The notes: generated by a model from the sequence alone, not told the origin. A stretch of 62,748 nucleotides of DNA from Minisyncoccia bacterium (GCA_049287305.1 JBAQFO010000003.1:1-62748), one strand, 5' to 3'; numbered from the stretch's first letter, positions 34,158 through 43,978 are shown. Made by a program: numbers and translations.

Positions 34158-36524
34158 ATGAAGAAAAAAATATTTGGTTTGAGTTTCTTGTTTCTGTTTG
34201 TTTTGTTTTTTGGAAATTTTTATGCGCATACTGCAATTGCAGAAGAGGTAGTCCCGGAAGAAATAGTGGAAACTCCAGCCCCCGCAACTCTTTCTCTTAT
34301 AACGATTACTCACCCCGCTGACAAGACGGAATATGTCGTCGGAGATGCCTTGGACATCACCAGCTTGGAAGTTACAGGAACGTATAGCGACGACAGTTCA
34401 AACATTGAAAATGTAACGGAAGAAGATATTTCAGGTTTTGACAGCGCAGCTCCGGCGGTAGGTCAAGTTTTGACGATTATTGTAGGCGAACAAACAACTA
34501 CTTATACTGTAAACATAAACGCTCCAGAAGAAATCCCTGACGGTGATACTTACTTTCAAATTGAAGGAAATATTGTCCTAAAAAACGGCTGTGTAGTTGA
34601 AGATAAAGACGGAGTGGAGCATATTTTCCCGGAAACATCAGGTCCTGAATATGTGGCTATCTGTGCCCTTGAAGAAGCAATAGAAACGGGCCTCGTAGAG
34701 AATATGGAATTCGCCGACTTCGGCTTTGGACTTTTTGTAAATAGTGTTAACGACACCACAGAGGAAAATACTTATTGGAAATTAAACATAAACGACGTAG
34801 GAGCCAGTGTGGGAGCGTCTCAATTAGAAGTGGGAGCAGGCGATACGGTATCGCTTGTGCTTACTGCTTTTGACCCAACCACATTTGAAGAAACTTCGCT
34901 TGATGCTTCCGTCACTCTTACGATAGAAACGCTTAATTCTGAATTTAACAACATATCCCTTCCCGACCGTTGTTTAGTGGCAGACGGAGCGGGAGCAACT
35001 CACGAATTTCCGGAAGAAAGCTCTCCATCAGACTATCTTGCCATATGCGCTCTCGCGAGCGCCAAAGATGCGGGAAAGATAAGTGATTTCAAACTAAATG
35101 ATTCTGATTTTGGACTTTATGTGCAAAGCGTAAATAACGAAGAACCCGGCGATACTGAATATTGGGCTCTCTGGCTTAATGGTGAATTTGCAAACTGCGG
35201 AATTATATGTCTTCCTATGGTAAAGGGAGATGTGTTGTCTCTCGTCCTTTCTGACTGGATGGCGAACACAGAAAGCACAAACATAAAAATAAGAGTTGTT
35301 GGTCTTACGGCAACACCGGACGAGGAAGAAGACGAAGAAGGATCAGGAGGAGGCGAAGAAGAACCTGGAGCTCCTTCATTTAGTGTTCCGAATGCTGTAG
35401 CTTATCTTAAAAGCGCACAAAGCTCAGACGGGTCTTTTGCTGACTCTGCCCTATATACCGACTGGGCTGCTATCGCATACGGAGCGGGAAATGTTTCAGG
35501 TAGCCCACTTAGTTCCCTTCTGGAATACTTGAGTTCAAATAATTCTATAAGTTCACTTATCACTGACAATGAAAGGCGAGCGATGGCGCTCATGGCACTT
35601 GGCGAAAATCCGTATTCATTCCATGGTAAAAATTATATTGATGCCATAACCGAAGAATTTGACGGCACCCAGTTCGGAGACGAAGACCTCGTAAATGACG
35701 ACATCTTTGCACTGATTCCTTTGTTTAGTGCAGGCTACGAAGAAGACGACGAGACGGTCGTGAAAACTATAGATTTTATCCTTGAAAAACAAAGTGGAAA
35801 CGGCTCATGGGAAGGAAGCGTGGATGTCACCGCGGCCGCAGTTCAGGCGCTTGCTCCTTTTGATTCTGTGGATGGAGTAGAAGAAGCACTAGGAAGCGCT
35901 GAAACATACTTGAAAAATACACAAGCGAGTGACGGCGGATGGCAAAACGTTTCTTCTACAAGCTGGGCAATGCAAGCAGAAAGCGCCCTTGGTGGAGCTT
36001 GGATAAAGAATGGCAAAGGCGGAATGGACTATCTAGCAACACAGCAAAGTAACGCGGAAAATACCGGCGCCTTGCTTTCAGCGAGCGAAAGTTCCGAGAA
36101 CGTAATCTGGGCTACAAGTTATGCGATTCCGGCAGGACTGGGAAAACCTTGGAGCGAAATTATGGAATCATTCTCAAAACCTAAAAATGAAGATGGTGAC
36201 TCAAATAAAAACTCAGAGAAAGAAGAAGAAAAAGAGGCTGAAACAACCTCATTGCTTCCCGTTGTTCCACCAGCGAATGAAATAATTCCCGTTGTTCCCA
36301 ATATTCCTCCTGTTACTAAAAACATAGTCGTCGTTCCCACGGAAAAAATTAAAAATTCCAGTGACGCAGATTCAGAAAAAGTAGAAGAAACAGAAACCTC
36401 AGTACTTACGGCCACTGCAGCAAATGCACTACCCGAAGAAAATAATCCAGCAAGCTTGCCCATAGTTTTAGGCACAGCATCCGGACTTATTCTTCTTTAC
36501 GGAGCTTTTAAATTTTTTATCTAA
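34158..36524 (+). CDS. Large surface protein: Ig-like domain, two DUF4430 repeats, prenyltransferase/alpha-toroid repeats and a C-terminal TM anchor
   Basis: Signal peptide. Two YW(K/A)L..N....G......GD..SLVL repeats. SDGSF, GNGSWEG and SDGGWQN repeats. An acidic linker precedes the C-terminal hydrophobic helix. Confidence 0.75.
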   Translation: MKKKIFGLSFLFLFVLFFGNFYAHTAIAEEVVPEEIVETPAPATLSLITITHPADKTEYVVGDALDITSLEVTGTYSDDSSNIENVTEEDISGFDSAAPAVGQVLTIIVGEQTTTYTVNINAPEEIPDGDTYFQIEGNIVLKNGCVVEDKDGVEHIFPETSGPEYVAICALEEAIETGLVENMEFADFGFGLFVNSVNDTTEENTYWKLNINDVGASVGASQLEVGAGDTVSLVLTAFDPTTFEETSLDASVTLTIETLNSEFNNISLPDRCLVADGAGATHEFPEESSPSDYLAICALASAKDAGKISDFKLNDSDFGLYVQSVNNEEPGDTEYWALWLNGEFANCGIICLPMVKGDVLSLVLSDWMANTESTNIKIRVVGLTATPDEEEDEEGSGGGEEEPGAPSFSVPNAVAYLKSAQSSDGSFADSALYTDWAAIAYGAGNVSGSPLSSLLEYLSSNNSISSLITDNERRAMALMALGENPYSFHGKNYIDAITEEFDGTQFGDEDLVNDDIFALIPLFSAGYEEDDETVVKTIDFILEKQSGNGSWEGSVDVTAAAVQALAPFDSVDGVEEALGSAETYLKNTQASDGGWQNVSSTSWAMQAESALGGAWIKNGKGGMDYLATQQSNAENTGALLSASESSENVIWATSYAIPAGLGKPWSEIMESFSKPKNEDGDSNKNSEKEEEKEAETTSLLPVVPPANEIIPVVPNIPPVTKNIVVVPTEKIKNSSDADSEKVEETETSVLTATAANALPEENNPASLPIVLGTASGLILLYGAFKFFI

Positions 36525-36910
36525 AAGACCAAAGACATCACCCAAGGAGTAGGGATAGAAAGAAACATAAGAAGAGCGCCAATCAAGGCTAAGTTCTTGT
36601 AGAAATTAATTTGCTCCCCCATGCGAGCCATAGGATCTTCCACCTTCCAGTATGTATGCATCTTGACTAATGTCCCAAGCAAGAACACAACCAAGAGAAG
36701 CACCGAGAGCTCTATGTAAACTCCTAAGATTATTCCTAAGCCTCCGAGAAGCATCATGATTCCGCTAAGGATAACCGCCGCCTTTGGCATGGGCATACCT
36801 TTGGATTGGGCGTATCCAGTCATGCCAGCTACATTTTTAAAATGGCCATATGCGTTATGCAAAAAGAAACCTCCGACTATAACCCTGCCCAAAAGAAATA
36901 AATACTCCAT
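36521..36910 (-). CDS. DoxX family membrane protein
   Basis: LLGRVIVGGFFLHNAYGHF and four transmembrane helices. Confidence 0.7.
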   Translation of the reverse strand: MEYLFLLGRVIVGGFFLHNAYGHFKNVAGMTGYAQSKGMPMPKAAVILSGIMMLLGGLGIILGVYIELSVLLLVVFLLGTLVKMHTYWKVEDPMARMGEQINFYKNLALIGALLMFLSIPTPWVMSLVF

Positions 36911-36978
36911 GTTTTTAAAGTTAAATTTATAATGTTAATAAGACCTTAATCATACTCCAAAAGGCAACTTTTTTCAAG

Positions 36979-37497
36979 TTAGTTTTTTATATAAAATCTT
37001 AGCTTGGAAACTTTTTCTTTCAGATATTTCTTCATGAAAATTCCTCCATTGGCCTCAATAATTTTCTTTGAGCCGACGTTGTCTTCTCTGCACCCCATGA
37101 CCACCTTTTTAATACCCAACTTTTTGGCCTGCAAAAGTCCCAAACGCAACATTTCGGTTCCGTATCCTTTTCTCCTCTCAGACGTCTTTACCGCATATCC
37201 AATGTGGCTAGCGGAAGCTTCTTTCCAAAGACGATGTCTGAGGCTTAAACGCCCCACCACTTTATTCCCGACAACTGCCCAATAAAGAGTGGACGGCACT
37301 TTGCCTTTTGGAATATTTATACCCTTTCGTTTTTCCACGGCCTTTTTATTATAGGAAGAAAAATCCTTTAAAGAATAAAGGGCATCTAAACTTCCGGCAG
37401 CTCCCCTAATCCCCTCAACTTCAAACTCTCGCTCCATCTTTATGTAGGAAGCTGCATATTTTCTATTTGGCAAAATTAGTTTCAGTTTATTTTTCAT
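36979..37497 (-). CDS. GNAT family N-acetyltransferase
   Basis: RRKGYGTEMLRLGLLQAKKLG acetyl-CoA binding motif. Confidence 0.8.
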   Translation of the reverse strand: MKNKLKLILPNRKYAASYIKMEREFEVEGIRGAAGSLDALYSLKDFSSYNKKAVEKRKGINIPKGKVPSTLYWAVVGNKVVGRLSLRHRLWKEASASHIGYAVKTSERRKGYGTEMLRLGLLQAKKLGIKKVVMGCREDNVGSKKIIEANGGIFMKKYLKEKVSKLRFYIKN

Positions 37498-38102
37498 CTC
37501 TTGTATTCTACTATTTTTCCGGCCGTGATTTCAATCTGGTCCGCCTTGCGGAGTTTTTTAGTGTAAGATTTCGGTAAAATATCATAATGTTTTATTTTAT
37601 CTAATTCTTCGTCTATCCCCCACAAATCGCCTTCCAAGGTTACCCACCCTTTTTCAAAATCTTTCAAGTTAAGCAGAACTGAGTATTGCCGTAACGTTTT
37701 CTCTCCGTTATTTAAAAAATATTCGTGAAAATAAGACACCGCCAACTCGCGGATATTTTTATAAACAGGCTCTCTGAAGCGGAGCACAGCGTGATTGGTT
37801 TTGGATAATGCACCCCAGAATTTTCCAATTTTGAAAGGGACTACCACATGGTCATAATCCCCCCTGCTTGCCTTTAAGTGCATCAAATAAGGCTTGAAGC
37901 CGTGCTGGGAGAGCACGTAAGCCCCAAGAAGAGCACCTTCCAGACAGTGGGCCTTCTTGTTCCTCAGGGTAAAAAGAGGGCTTGTAAGGGTCACCCCGTC
38001 TGTCTCAAAATTAAACCGAAGTTTATTCAGAAAACCCTGCACTTTAGCGGGAGTGTTTAATTTCCTGATCAAACCTTTTTCTTTTTTGGAAAAAAATTGC
38101 AT
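37494..38102 (-). CDS. Hypothetical protein (possible Cys-His-Asp papain/transglutaminase-like fold)
   Basis: Trimmed to the ATG at 38102, just after the guaA stop. AHCLEGALL...DYDHVVV spacing. The functional call is weak. Confidence 0.5.
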   Translation of the reverse strand: MQFFSKKEKGLIRKLNTPAKVQGFLNKLRFNFETDGVTLTSPLFTLRNKKAHCLEGALLGAYVLSQHGFKPYLMHLKASRGDYDHVVVPFKIGKFWGALSKTNHAVLRFREPVYKNIRELAVSYFHEYFLNNGEKTLRQYSVLLNLKDFEKGWVTLEGDLWGIDEELDKIKHYDILPKSYTKKLRKADQIEITAGKIVEYKR

Positions 38103-38103
38103 T

Positions 38104-39639
38104 TTATTCGAACTCGGTTGTAGCCGGCGGCTTACTTGTCCAGTCAAAAAATACGCGGACTATTTTCGGATGCTTAATAAGGGCACTGGTGATTTCTTCA
38201 CAAATTTCTTTATTCAGGTAGTATCCTTTCACTGTCATGAAATCTGATGTCTCCACGGTGCGCACAACCAAAGAATGCCCGTAGACTCGCCCGTCGCCTT
38301 TGACCCCGACGGTGTTTACCCCGAGAAGCCCCACAATCGTTTGAGAAATTTTGTCATAGACATTATGCTTCCTTAAAATTTCAGCAACTTCGTGGTCAGC
38401 GTCACGGACGATAGTTAAAAGTTCCGGGGTAACGGGAGTCCCGATAATTCGCAAATAAAGCCCCGGACCAGGGAAAGGCTGTCTGCTTGAAACAAGTTCC
38501 TCAAGCCCTACTTCGCGCGCCAAAGCTCGCACCTCAAACTTGAAAAAGTCGGATAAAGGCATAATTTCTTCAAGCCCTAAGTCCAAACCCACGTTGTGGT
38601 GGGTCTTTATAAGGGCGGAATTTCCAGCGCTCCCTGACTCTATGAGGTCGGTAGCTAAAGTGCCTTGGAGCATGTGAGTCGCGTCGTAGCTTTTTGCCAC
38701 TTCTTTGAAAACCTCGCCGTAAACTTTACGGAATGCTGCTCTCTTTTCTTCGGCATCTATGGTTTTACTAATATTTTCTATGAATTTATTTTTATATCTT
38801 TCAATTACTTCCAGGGGTATACCTGCCTTATGCGCTATTTCTTTTACCCTTTCAACTTCATTTTTACGCATGCCTCCGGTGTCTATCATGAACGCCTTTA
38901 ATTTGTCTCCAAGCGCTGGCGCCAGGATGGCGGCAAGAGCCGTGGAATCCACGCCACCAGAAACGCCAATTATCGCTGTGCCGTTTCCCAATATTTTTTT
39001 CGTATTTTTCCTGATTTCCTCTATCACATCCCTGTGGTCATAGTCTTTCACCGCGCCGCAAATCTTCTCGGCAAAATTATTCAAAATAATATTTTCATCC
39101 TCCGTATCTTCCACTTCGGGGTGAAACTGCACTGCCCATATTTTCTTGGAAGCACATTCCATCGCTTCTATAACTGTTCCATTTTTTGAGGTAGCAACAA
39201 CACTGAAACCCGCGGGAGCTTTCTTCACAGAATCGCCGTGACTGGACCAGGCTTTTATTTTTTCGCCCAATCCTCCGAACAATTGTCCCCCTGAGAGTTC
39301 CACCTCCACAGGACCATAGGACTTTCCTTCTTTGACTGCCTGAATAGAATCTTTATCGTTTATGTATGCGAGCCATTGCATACCGAGACAAATCCCCAAT
39401 ATCGGAACGCCAAGATTTAAAATCTCTTTCGGAATGTTGGGCATGTCTTTATCGTAAACACTCGCGTTACCTCCGGAGAGAATTACTCCCTTAGGATTAT
39501 TCTTTCTTATCCACTCAAGGGACGCACTGGACGTAACAATAACAGAATGAAAACCTAAATACCGCAAGCTGCGCCTGATTATTTCCGTATACTGAGAACC
39601 TAGGTCAATTATTAATATTTGGGGTCGGCTAGCGTTCAT
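38104..39639 (-). CDS. guaA: GMP synthase (glutamine-hydrolysing)
   Basis: GATase GICLGMQ...HPE motifs, the SGGVDS PP-loop and the C-terminal KPPATTEFE. Confidence 0.95.
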   Translation of the reverse strand: MNASRPQILIIDLGSQYTEIIRRSLRYLGFHSVIVTSSASLEWIRKNNPKGVILSGGNASVYDKDMPNIPKEILNLGVPILGICLGMQWLAYINDKDSIQAVKEGKSYGPVEVELSGGQLFGGLGEKIKAWSSHGDSVKKAPAGFSVVATSKNGTVIEAMECASKKIWAVQFHPEVEDTEDENIILNNFAEKICGAVKDYDHRDVIEEIRKNTKKILGNGTAIIGVSGGVDSTALAAILAPALGDKLKAFMIDTGGMRKNEVERVKEIAHKAGIPLEVIERYKNKFIENISKTIDAEEKRAAFRKVYGEVFKEVAKSYDATHMLQGTLATDLIESGSAGNSALIKTHHNVGLDLGLEEIMPLSDFFKFEVRALAREVGLEELVSSRQPFPGPGLYLRIIGTPVTPELLTIVRDADHEVAEILRKHNVYDKISQTIVGLLGVNTVGVKGDGRVYGHSLVVRTVETSDFMTVKGYYLNKEICEEITSALIKHPKIVRVFFDWTSKPPATTEFE

Positions 39640-39673
39640 TTATGGATTGTATCATATCATTTTTGGAAAAAAC

Positions 39674-39705
39674 AAAAATCTCGAGCCTGTTGCTCGAGAT
39701 TTTTT
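39674..39705 (-). terminator. Intrinsic terminator (usable in both directions)
   Basis: AAAAATCTCGAGC-CTGTT-GCTCGAGATTTTT. Confidence 0.7.
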
Positions 39706-39801
39706 AATTATTTCTTCTTTGCTTTCTTCGGCTTCTTTACATCTTTTCTATACGCGTTGTTTCCCTTTCCCATAGATTTTTTTGATTAGCTTGTAATAAC
39801 T

Positions 39802-40356
39802 TTAAACTTCTTTCTTGTAAAAGTGGGCTACGGCAAGCAAGGTTAACAGGGCGAAGAATGAGGTAAGCGCCATCATTGGTATGGATATATATCCTCCGAA
39901 TTCCGAAACCAGCCGTTGATAACACGATATGCCTGAAGCGTCGCAAGGCAAGCCCGCACTATCCCCGAAATAATAAAAGAAATTATGATAAACCGAAATC
40001 AGAAACCCTACGGAAAGAAGCGGGGCGGCATAACGAACGACGGATTTTTCTTTGTTCCATAAAGCTATCGCGAACAGAAACATCGCGGGGAACATAAACA
40101 CCCTCTGCCACCAACACAAAGCGCACGGAAGAAAGCCGATTATTTCAGAATAAACCAACGGGAATAATGCTGAGAACACGGATATGGCAAAACTTAAAAT
40201 CAGAAAATGTTTTTCTATAAAATCCAAATAGGCATTCTTTTTGTTTCCGCTCGGCCTGAAAAATAAAATAAGGAGAGCCAGCACCGAGAACACCTGAAGG
40301 GCGATTGTACCCAACCCGAGAACAACATTAAGATAGTGAATTGTGACTGGATTCAT
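39802..40356 (-). CDS. Disulfide bond formation protein B (DsbB/BdbC family)
   Basis: LPCALCWWQRVFMFP, a second Cys pair LPCDASGISC, and four transmembrane helices. Confidence 0.75.
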   Translation of the reverse strand: MNPVTIHYLNVVLGLGTIALQVFSVLALLILFFRPSGNKKNAYLDFIEKHFLILSFAISVFSALFPLVYSEIIGFLPCALCWWQRVFMFPAMFLFAIALWNKEKSVVRYAAPLLSVGFLISVYHNFFYYFGDSAGLPCDASGISCYQRLVSEFGGYISIPMMALTSFFALLTLLAVAHFYKKEV

Positions 40357-40361
40357 AAAAT

Positions 40362-40769
40362 TTATTCTGGAACGCTTTCTCCCGGAAGAACGCAGGAAGT
40401 TTTCTCAGCTAATTGAGCAAGTGGAATTTCTCCGTTCAACTTAGAACCATCTGCGAATTCCCATGTGGGGTAGCTGGTAATTCCTTTCTCTATGCACGCC
40501 TGAGTCTGTCCGCGTCCATCGGCTGTGGAGCATTCCACATAAGGAAGCAATTTCTGGGAAGAACCGAAGAGTTTTTTCTGTGATTGGCAATGAGGGCACC
40601 AAAACGCACCATAAAAAACAGCTCCTTTGTCTTTCAGGCAAGTTGCGAATTCGTCATAAATTCCGGGACCAGCGGAAGCTCCTCCGCCAGACCTGAGCAT
40701 CGCCAAAAGTGCTACTCCCACGACTAAAACTGCCACAACTCCAGTAAAAATTTTTGCGTTTTTATCCAT
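40362..40769 (-). CDS. Thioredoxin-fold protein, membrane-anchored
   Basis: FWCPHCQ active site and an N-terminal transmembrane helix. Confidence 0.75.
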   Translation of the reverse strand: MDKNAKIFTGVVAVLVVGVALLAMLRSGGGASAGPGIYDEFATCLKDKGAVFYGAFWCPHCQSQKKLFGSSQKLLPYVECSTADGRGQTQACIEKGITSYPTWEFADGSKLNGEIPLAQLAEKTSCVLPGESVPE

Positions 40770-40789
40770 GATATTACAATGATATCAAT

Positions 40790-41182
40790 TTAGAAAACTT
40801 TAGGCAAGAAAACAATAAGACCTATGGCAATAGCCACAAATACCGCAAGAAGCACGGCGGCGGCGGCAACGTCTTTGGTGTCTCGCGCAAACGGATGATA
40901 CTCAGGTGAAGTCAGATCTATGTCTATTTCAATTGAAGTATTGAAGGCTTCGGAAACCAGAACAAAACCTATAGCAAAAACTATGGCAATCCATTCCAGG
41001 GCGGAGATATTAAAATAAAACCCCATAGCTATGGCAAGCAACGCCGAACCCAGATGAATAAGGGCATGCCTGGTAGTTTTAAAAACAATATACATACCGC
41101 GGAAGGCATTCAAAAACCTCTGGCTATATTTCACGCTCCGCCAGGCTCTCTGCTCTTTTTGCGTCTCTTCTTTAGAATCCAT
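40790..41182 (-). CDS. Diacylglycerol/undecaprenol kinase family protein (DgkA-like)
   Basis: FRGMYIVFKTTRHALIHL...VSEAFNTSIE pattern and three transmembrane helices. Confidence 0.7.
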   Translation of the reverse strand: MDSKEETQKEQRAWRSVKYSQRFLNAFRGMYIVFKTTRHALIHLGSALLAIAMGFYFNISALEWIAIVFAIGFVLVSEAFNTSIEIDIDLTSPEYHPFARDTKDVAAAAVLLAVFVAIAIGLIVFLPKVF

Positions 41183-41183
41183 A

Positions 41184-41642
41184 TTATTGAACTACAAGCG
41201 TGCCTTTCATGCCCATATCTCGGTGGGTGCCCACAGAGCAGTAGTATTCAAAGCTGCCAGCTTTATCGGCGGTAAATTCCAAAATTTCGGTAGCGGGAGC
41301 TTTTGCCTGCTTGGTGGCTAGGCCATATTCGTCTATGACAAAATCATGAAAACCTGCGGTGTTTTCAAAAACTATTTTCACCTTATCCCCCTTTTGAACG
41401 GTTATCAAAGACGGGGAAAAAGAGAAATTCTTACCAGAAATTACAAATTCTTTGACTTTGGGCGCTTGTTCTACCGGAGTAGCTGTCGCTGTATCCGTTT
41501 CTGTCTGTATCTGTGTCTGTGTATCTGTTTGCGTTTGCGTATCCGATATAGGCGCTTCGGCTTTCTTGCCCGTTCCGGACAAGAAAATTCCCCCAACTAT
41601 TAACAGAACTAAAACTATTATGATTATGTATGAATTTTTCAT
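41184..41642 (-). CDS. Cupredoxin (plastocyanin/halocyanin-like) copper protein
   Basis: Trimmed to the ATG at 41642. Transmembrane/signal segment and a (TQ/TD)n linker. Copper ligands GFHDF...YYCSVGTHRDMGM. Confidence 0.75.
   Translation of the reverse strand: MKNSYIIIIVLVLLIVGGIFLSGTGKKAEAPISDTQTQTDTQTQIQTETDTATATPVEQAPKVKEFVISGKNFSFSPSLITVQKGDKVKIVFENTAGFHDFVIDEYGLATKQAKAPATEILEFTADKAGSFEYYCSVGTHRDMGMKGTLVVQ
41491..41547 (-). repeat. Imperfect hexamer repeats encoding the TQTQTDTQTQIQTETDT linker
   Basis: Runs of GTATCTGT/GTGTCTGT/GTTTGCGT lie inside the cupredoxin CDS. Confidence 0.7.
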
Positions 41643-41673
41643 CTTATTTTTATTAATAATTAATAATAAAATT

Positions 41674-41955
41674 TTACCCTCTTCGTTTATACGGCTGGTC
41701 GTCACCGAAAGGAGAGGCGTCATCCTCGCTTGACCAAAATTTTCTTTCCTGTTCTTCAAACATTTCCACCTTATGTCTTATATTTTCGTCTTTTAAAACA
41801 CCTGTATCTAAATCTCTCCGTGCTTGTCTAAATAAAGCTTTTTCCTTTTGACTATAAGCGTTAAAAACTTTTTCCGGAATTTCAGAAACCCCGCTAAAGT
41901 CAAAATCTATTTGCTTTGCGGCGCCCATTTGATGTTCTATTCCTGACATGTTCAT
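41674..41955 (-). CDS. Hypothetical protein
   Basis: 93-aa charged ORF. No motif was recognised. Confidence 0.45.
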   Translation of the reverse strand: MNMSGIEHQMGAAKQIDFDFSGVSEIPEKVFNAYSQKEKALFRQARRDLDTGVLKDENIRHKVEMFEEQERKFWSSEDDASPFGDDQPYKRRG

Positions 41956-41970
41956 ATTATACCATATAAT

Positions 41971-43119
41971 TTACTGATATTGGATATAAATGGGGCGGGG
42001 ATTCAATTTTAGGAGGGTTTCTGGGGTCATTAGGGTGGTGCCTGGGTCAAACACGTCGTTCTTGTAGAATAATTTAAACCCCGTAAATTGCACCGGTTCG
42101 GGATAAATAAAGTTCTTGTAAGTGCCAATTTTTTTCGCTTGCCCACCCCAACCATCCATATGCATGATAATTTGCACTTCGGGTAAGGGTTTTATTTGCT
42201 TGTAGTTGGTAACCATTTTTTTCGTATACCTGTGAACTATAAGAATTTTCGGAGGAAGATTATTCTCACGCACGAGCTTGGCCAAATAATTCGTTGCAAA
42301 ATTTATATCAGTAGCATCCATTGTTCCTACCACCTTCCCTGGCCGCATGGTTCCCTTCATGGAAAATTCAGGATCAAGTCCGAGGTGCACGTTTGGCATC
42401 TTAAGGTATTTTTCAAAAATAGGAACTTCGGTAGCCACGGTTGAGAAACCAACTTGAATATCAAGAAAAACGATAGCGTTTATCTTGGCGGCCATAGCCA
42501 ACACTTTATCTATTTCGGATGAAGGCATGCGGGCTCTGTATTTACCATCTGTCCCCGCGCTTCCTTGGGCAACTACCGCTATGTAATGAAGGGCGGGAAT
42601 CACAGGGGTAGCGGGGTCGGCTAATTCCCATTTTTTTACTTCCGCATTAAGCCTGGAAAACATTTCCGCCTCGGGATATTGTCCCAACACTCCCATTTTG
42701 GTGGAATACAAATTTCCATAATAAGCAATTATACGATGAAATGGCAAAATAGCTCCAGCGTTCGGATAAACCGTTTTGACCGGCCAGAGGTTTGGCTTGG
42801 GCGGAGGAGGAGGTATTTCGTTCCCGTTTTCGTCTATTTTCGGAGCTACTATTTTCGAAATAGGATTATTAGCCAATTCTTCCATCTTGCTGTCGTAAAG
42901 CAGAGTATCTAGTTTCGGGATAACGGGTTTTTTGTTTTCATTGGGTATAATTTTGCTGATTGCCTGGTCCCCTTTGCTATAGCTTACTACCCCACCGAAA
43001 AGTCCCGGAAAGAAAAACAGGAGGAAGGCCACACAAAAAAGAGCACCAAATAAAAATCGGACATATCTATTTGAGAAAATACTTTTTCCATCAGAGGCTT
43101 TATCCTTTTTCATTACCAT
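41971..43119 (-). CDS. Secreted/anchored hypothetical protein (possibly a TIM-barrel glycosidase-like fold)
   Basis: N-terminal transmembrane helix. IVFLDIQVG...HLGLDPEFSM segment. The functional call is weak. Confidence 0.5.
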   Translation of the reverse strand: MVMKKDKASDGKSIFSNRYVRFLFGALFCVAFLLFFFPGLFGGVVSYSKGDQAISKIIPNENKKPVIPKLDTLLYDSKMEELANNPISKIVAPKIDENGNEIPPPPPKPNLWPVKTVYPNAGAILPFHRIIAYYGNLYSTKMGVLGQYPEAEMFSRLNAEVKKWELADPATPVIPALHYIAVVAQGSAGTDGKYRARMPSSEIDKVLAMAAKINAIVFLDIQVGFSTVATEVPIFEKYLKMPNVHLGLDPEFSMKGTMRPGKVVGTMDATDINFATNYLAKLVRENNLPPKILIVHRYTKKMVTNYKQIKPLPEVQIIMHMDGWGGQAKKIGTYKNFIYPEPVQFTGFKLFYKNDVFDPGTTLMTPETLLKLNPRPIYIQYQ

Positions 43120-43157
43120 GCAGTATAGCAGATATTAACATTCGGCAACATTATAAA

Positions 43158-43904
43158 TTATTTTAGAAAATCTTTAATTTTTTCTAAAGATACGGGAAAG
43201 GCAACCGGTCCTAAAACCCCGGGTCCTATTTCATACTGGCTGAAAAACATAACCAAAAAATTTTCTTCCAAAGACCAGTTTGTAAAGGATTCAAATTTTA
43301 AATTATCTACTTCCTCTGGAAAGACCCCCGACGGACCGCCCTCCGGCCTCCAATCTTTAAGCTCTTTTTTGATATATTCGGTAAAAGCACCTTCTTTGCC
43401 TGCTGTAATAATATCCGAAAGGGATAAAATTCTTCCGTCTTCCGCGCTAGCGGTGATAACTTTATAGGCGCTGTTGCCATGCGCCCCTCCTGTGTAAGTA
43501 TATATGCTTATAATAATTGATTCCGATTTTTCCCCCACTACCCGAGAAGCTCTAATTTCTATGGAATAATTAGCCGAAGGATTATCGGCGCCAAATTCCG
43601 CTCGCATGTCCGGCACATCTCTGTCCGCTTGGATTCGAAATTCAGAGATTGTTGTTTGTATATATTCTTCCGCCTTCTCTGCCAGGATACTACTCCCTGA
43701 CACGCTTGCAACACTCCCGCTAAAATTTTCTTCATTTATTTCTTTGTCAGTGATAGAAATAGGAGAACTGCCCGCTTTTTCTTCCAAGGTTACGTCCAGA
43801 ACAACAGTGTCCTTGTTTTTCAAATAATATCCACCCAAAAAAATAATAATTAGCACAATTAAAAAACCTAAGGTTCTGCCGAAGTAAAATTTTTTTAGCT
43901 CCAT
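43158..43904 (-). CDS. DUF3298/DUF4163 domain protein
   Basis: N-terminal transmembrane helix. YTYTGGAHGNSAY motif. Confidence 0.65.
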   Translation of the reverse strand: MELKKFYFGRTLGFLIVLIIIFLGGYYLKNKDTVVLDVTLEEKAGSSPISITDKEINEENFSGSVASVSGSSILAEKAEEYIQTTISEFRIQADRDVPDMRAEFGADNPSANYSIEIRASRVVGEKSESIIISIYTYTGGAHGNSAYKVITASAEDGRILSLSDIITAGKEGAFTEYIKKELKDWRPEGGPSGVFPEEVDNLKFESFTNWSLEENFLVMFFSQYEIGPGVLGPVAFPVSLEKIKDFLK

Positions 43905-43978
43905 TCGTGTATTATAGCATGAAATTTATAGGACATATCGGCTTGATACCACGCCTAAAAACTGATATTATAAGGTTC

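Noticed and set aside
39708-39773. A 21-codon minus-strand ORF (MGKGNNAYRKDVKKPKKAKKK) between dsbB and guaA.
   Set aside because: It has no Shine-Dalgarno site, is very short and low-complexity, and its 3' end abuts the terminator hairpin. The evidence is insufficient.
41491-41547. Short tandem repeats (GTATCTGT-like) as a possible CRISPR-like or regulatory array.
   Set aside because: The repeat units are 6-8 nt and lie inside the cupredoxin CDS, where they translate to a TQ/TD linker. The same applies to GGTTGAATA x3 at ~5525-5555, which encodes QPIQPIQ in the DUF2339 protein.
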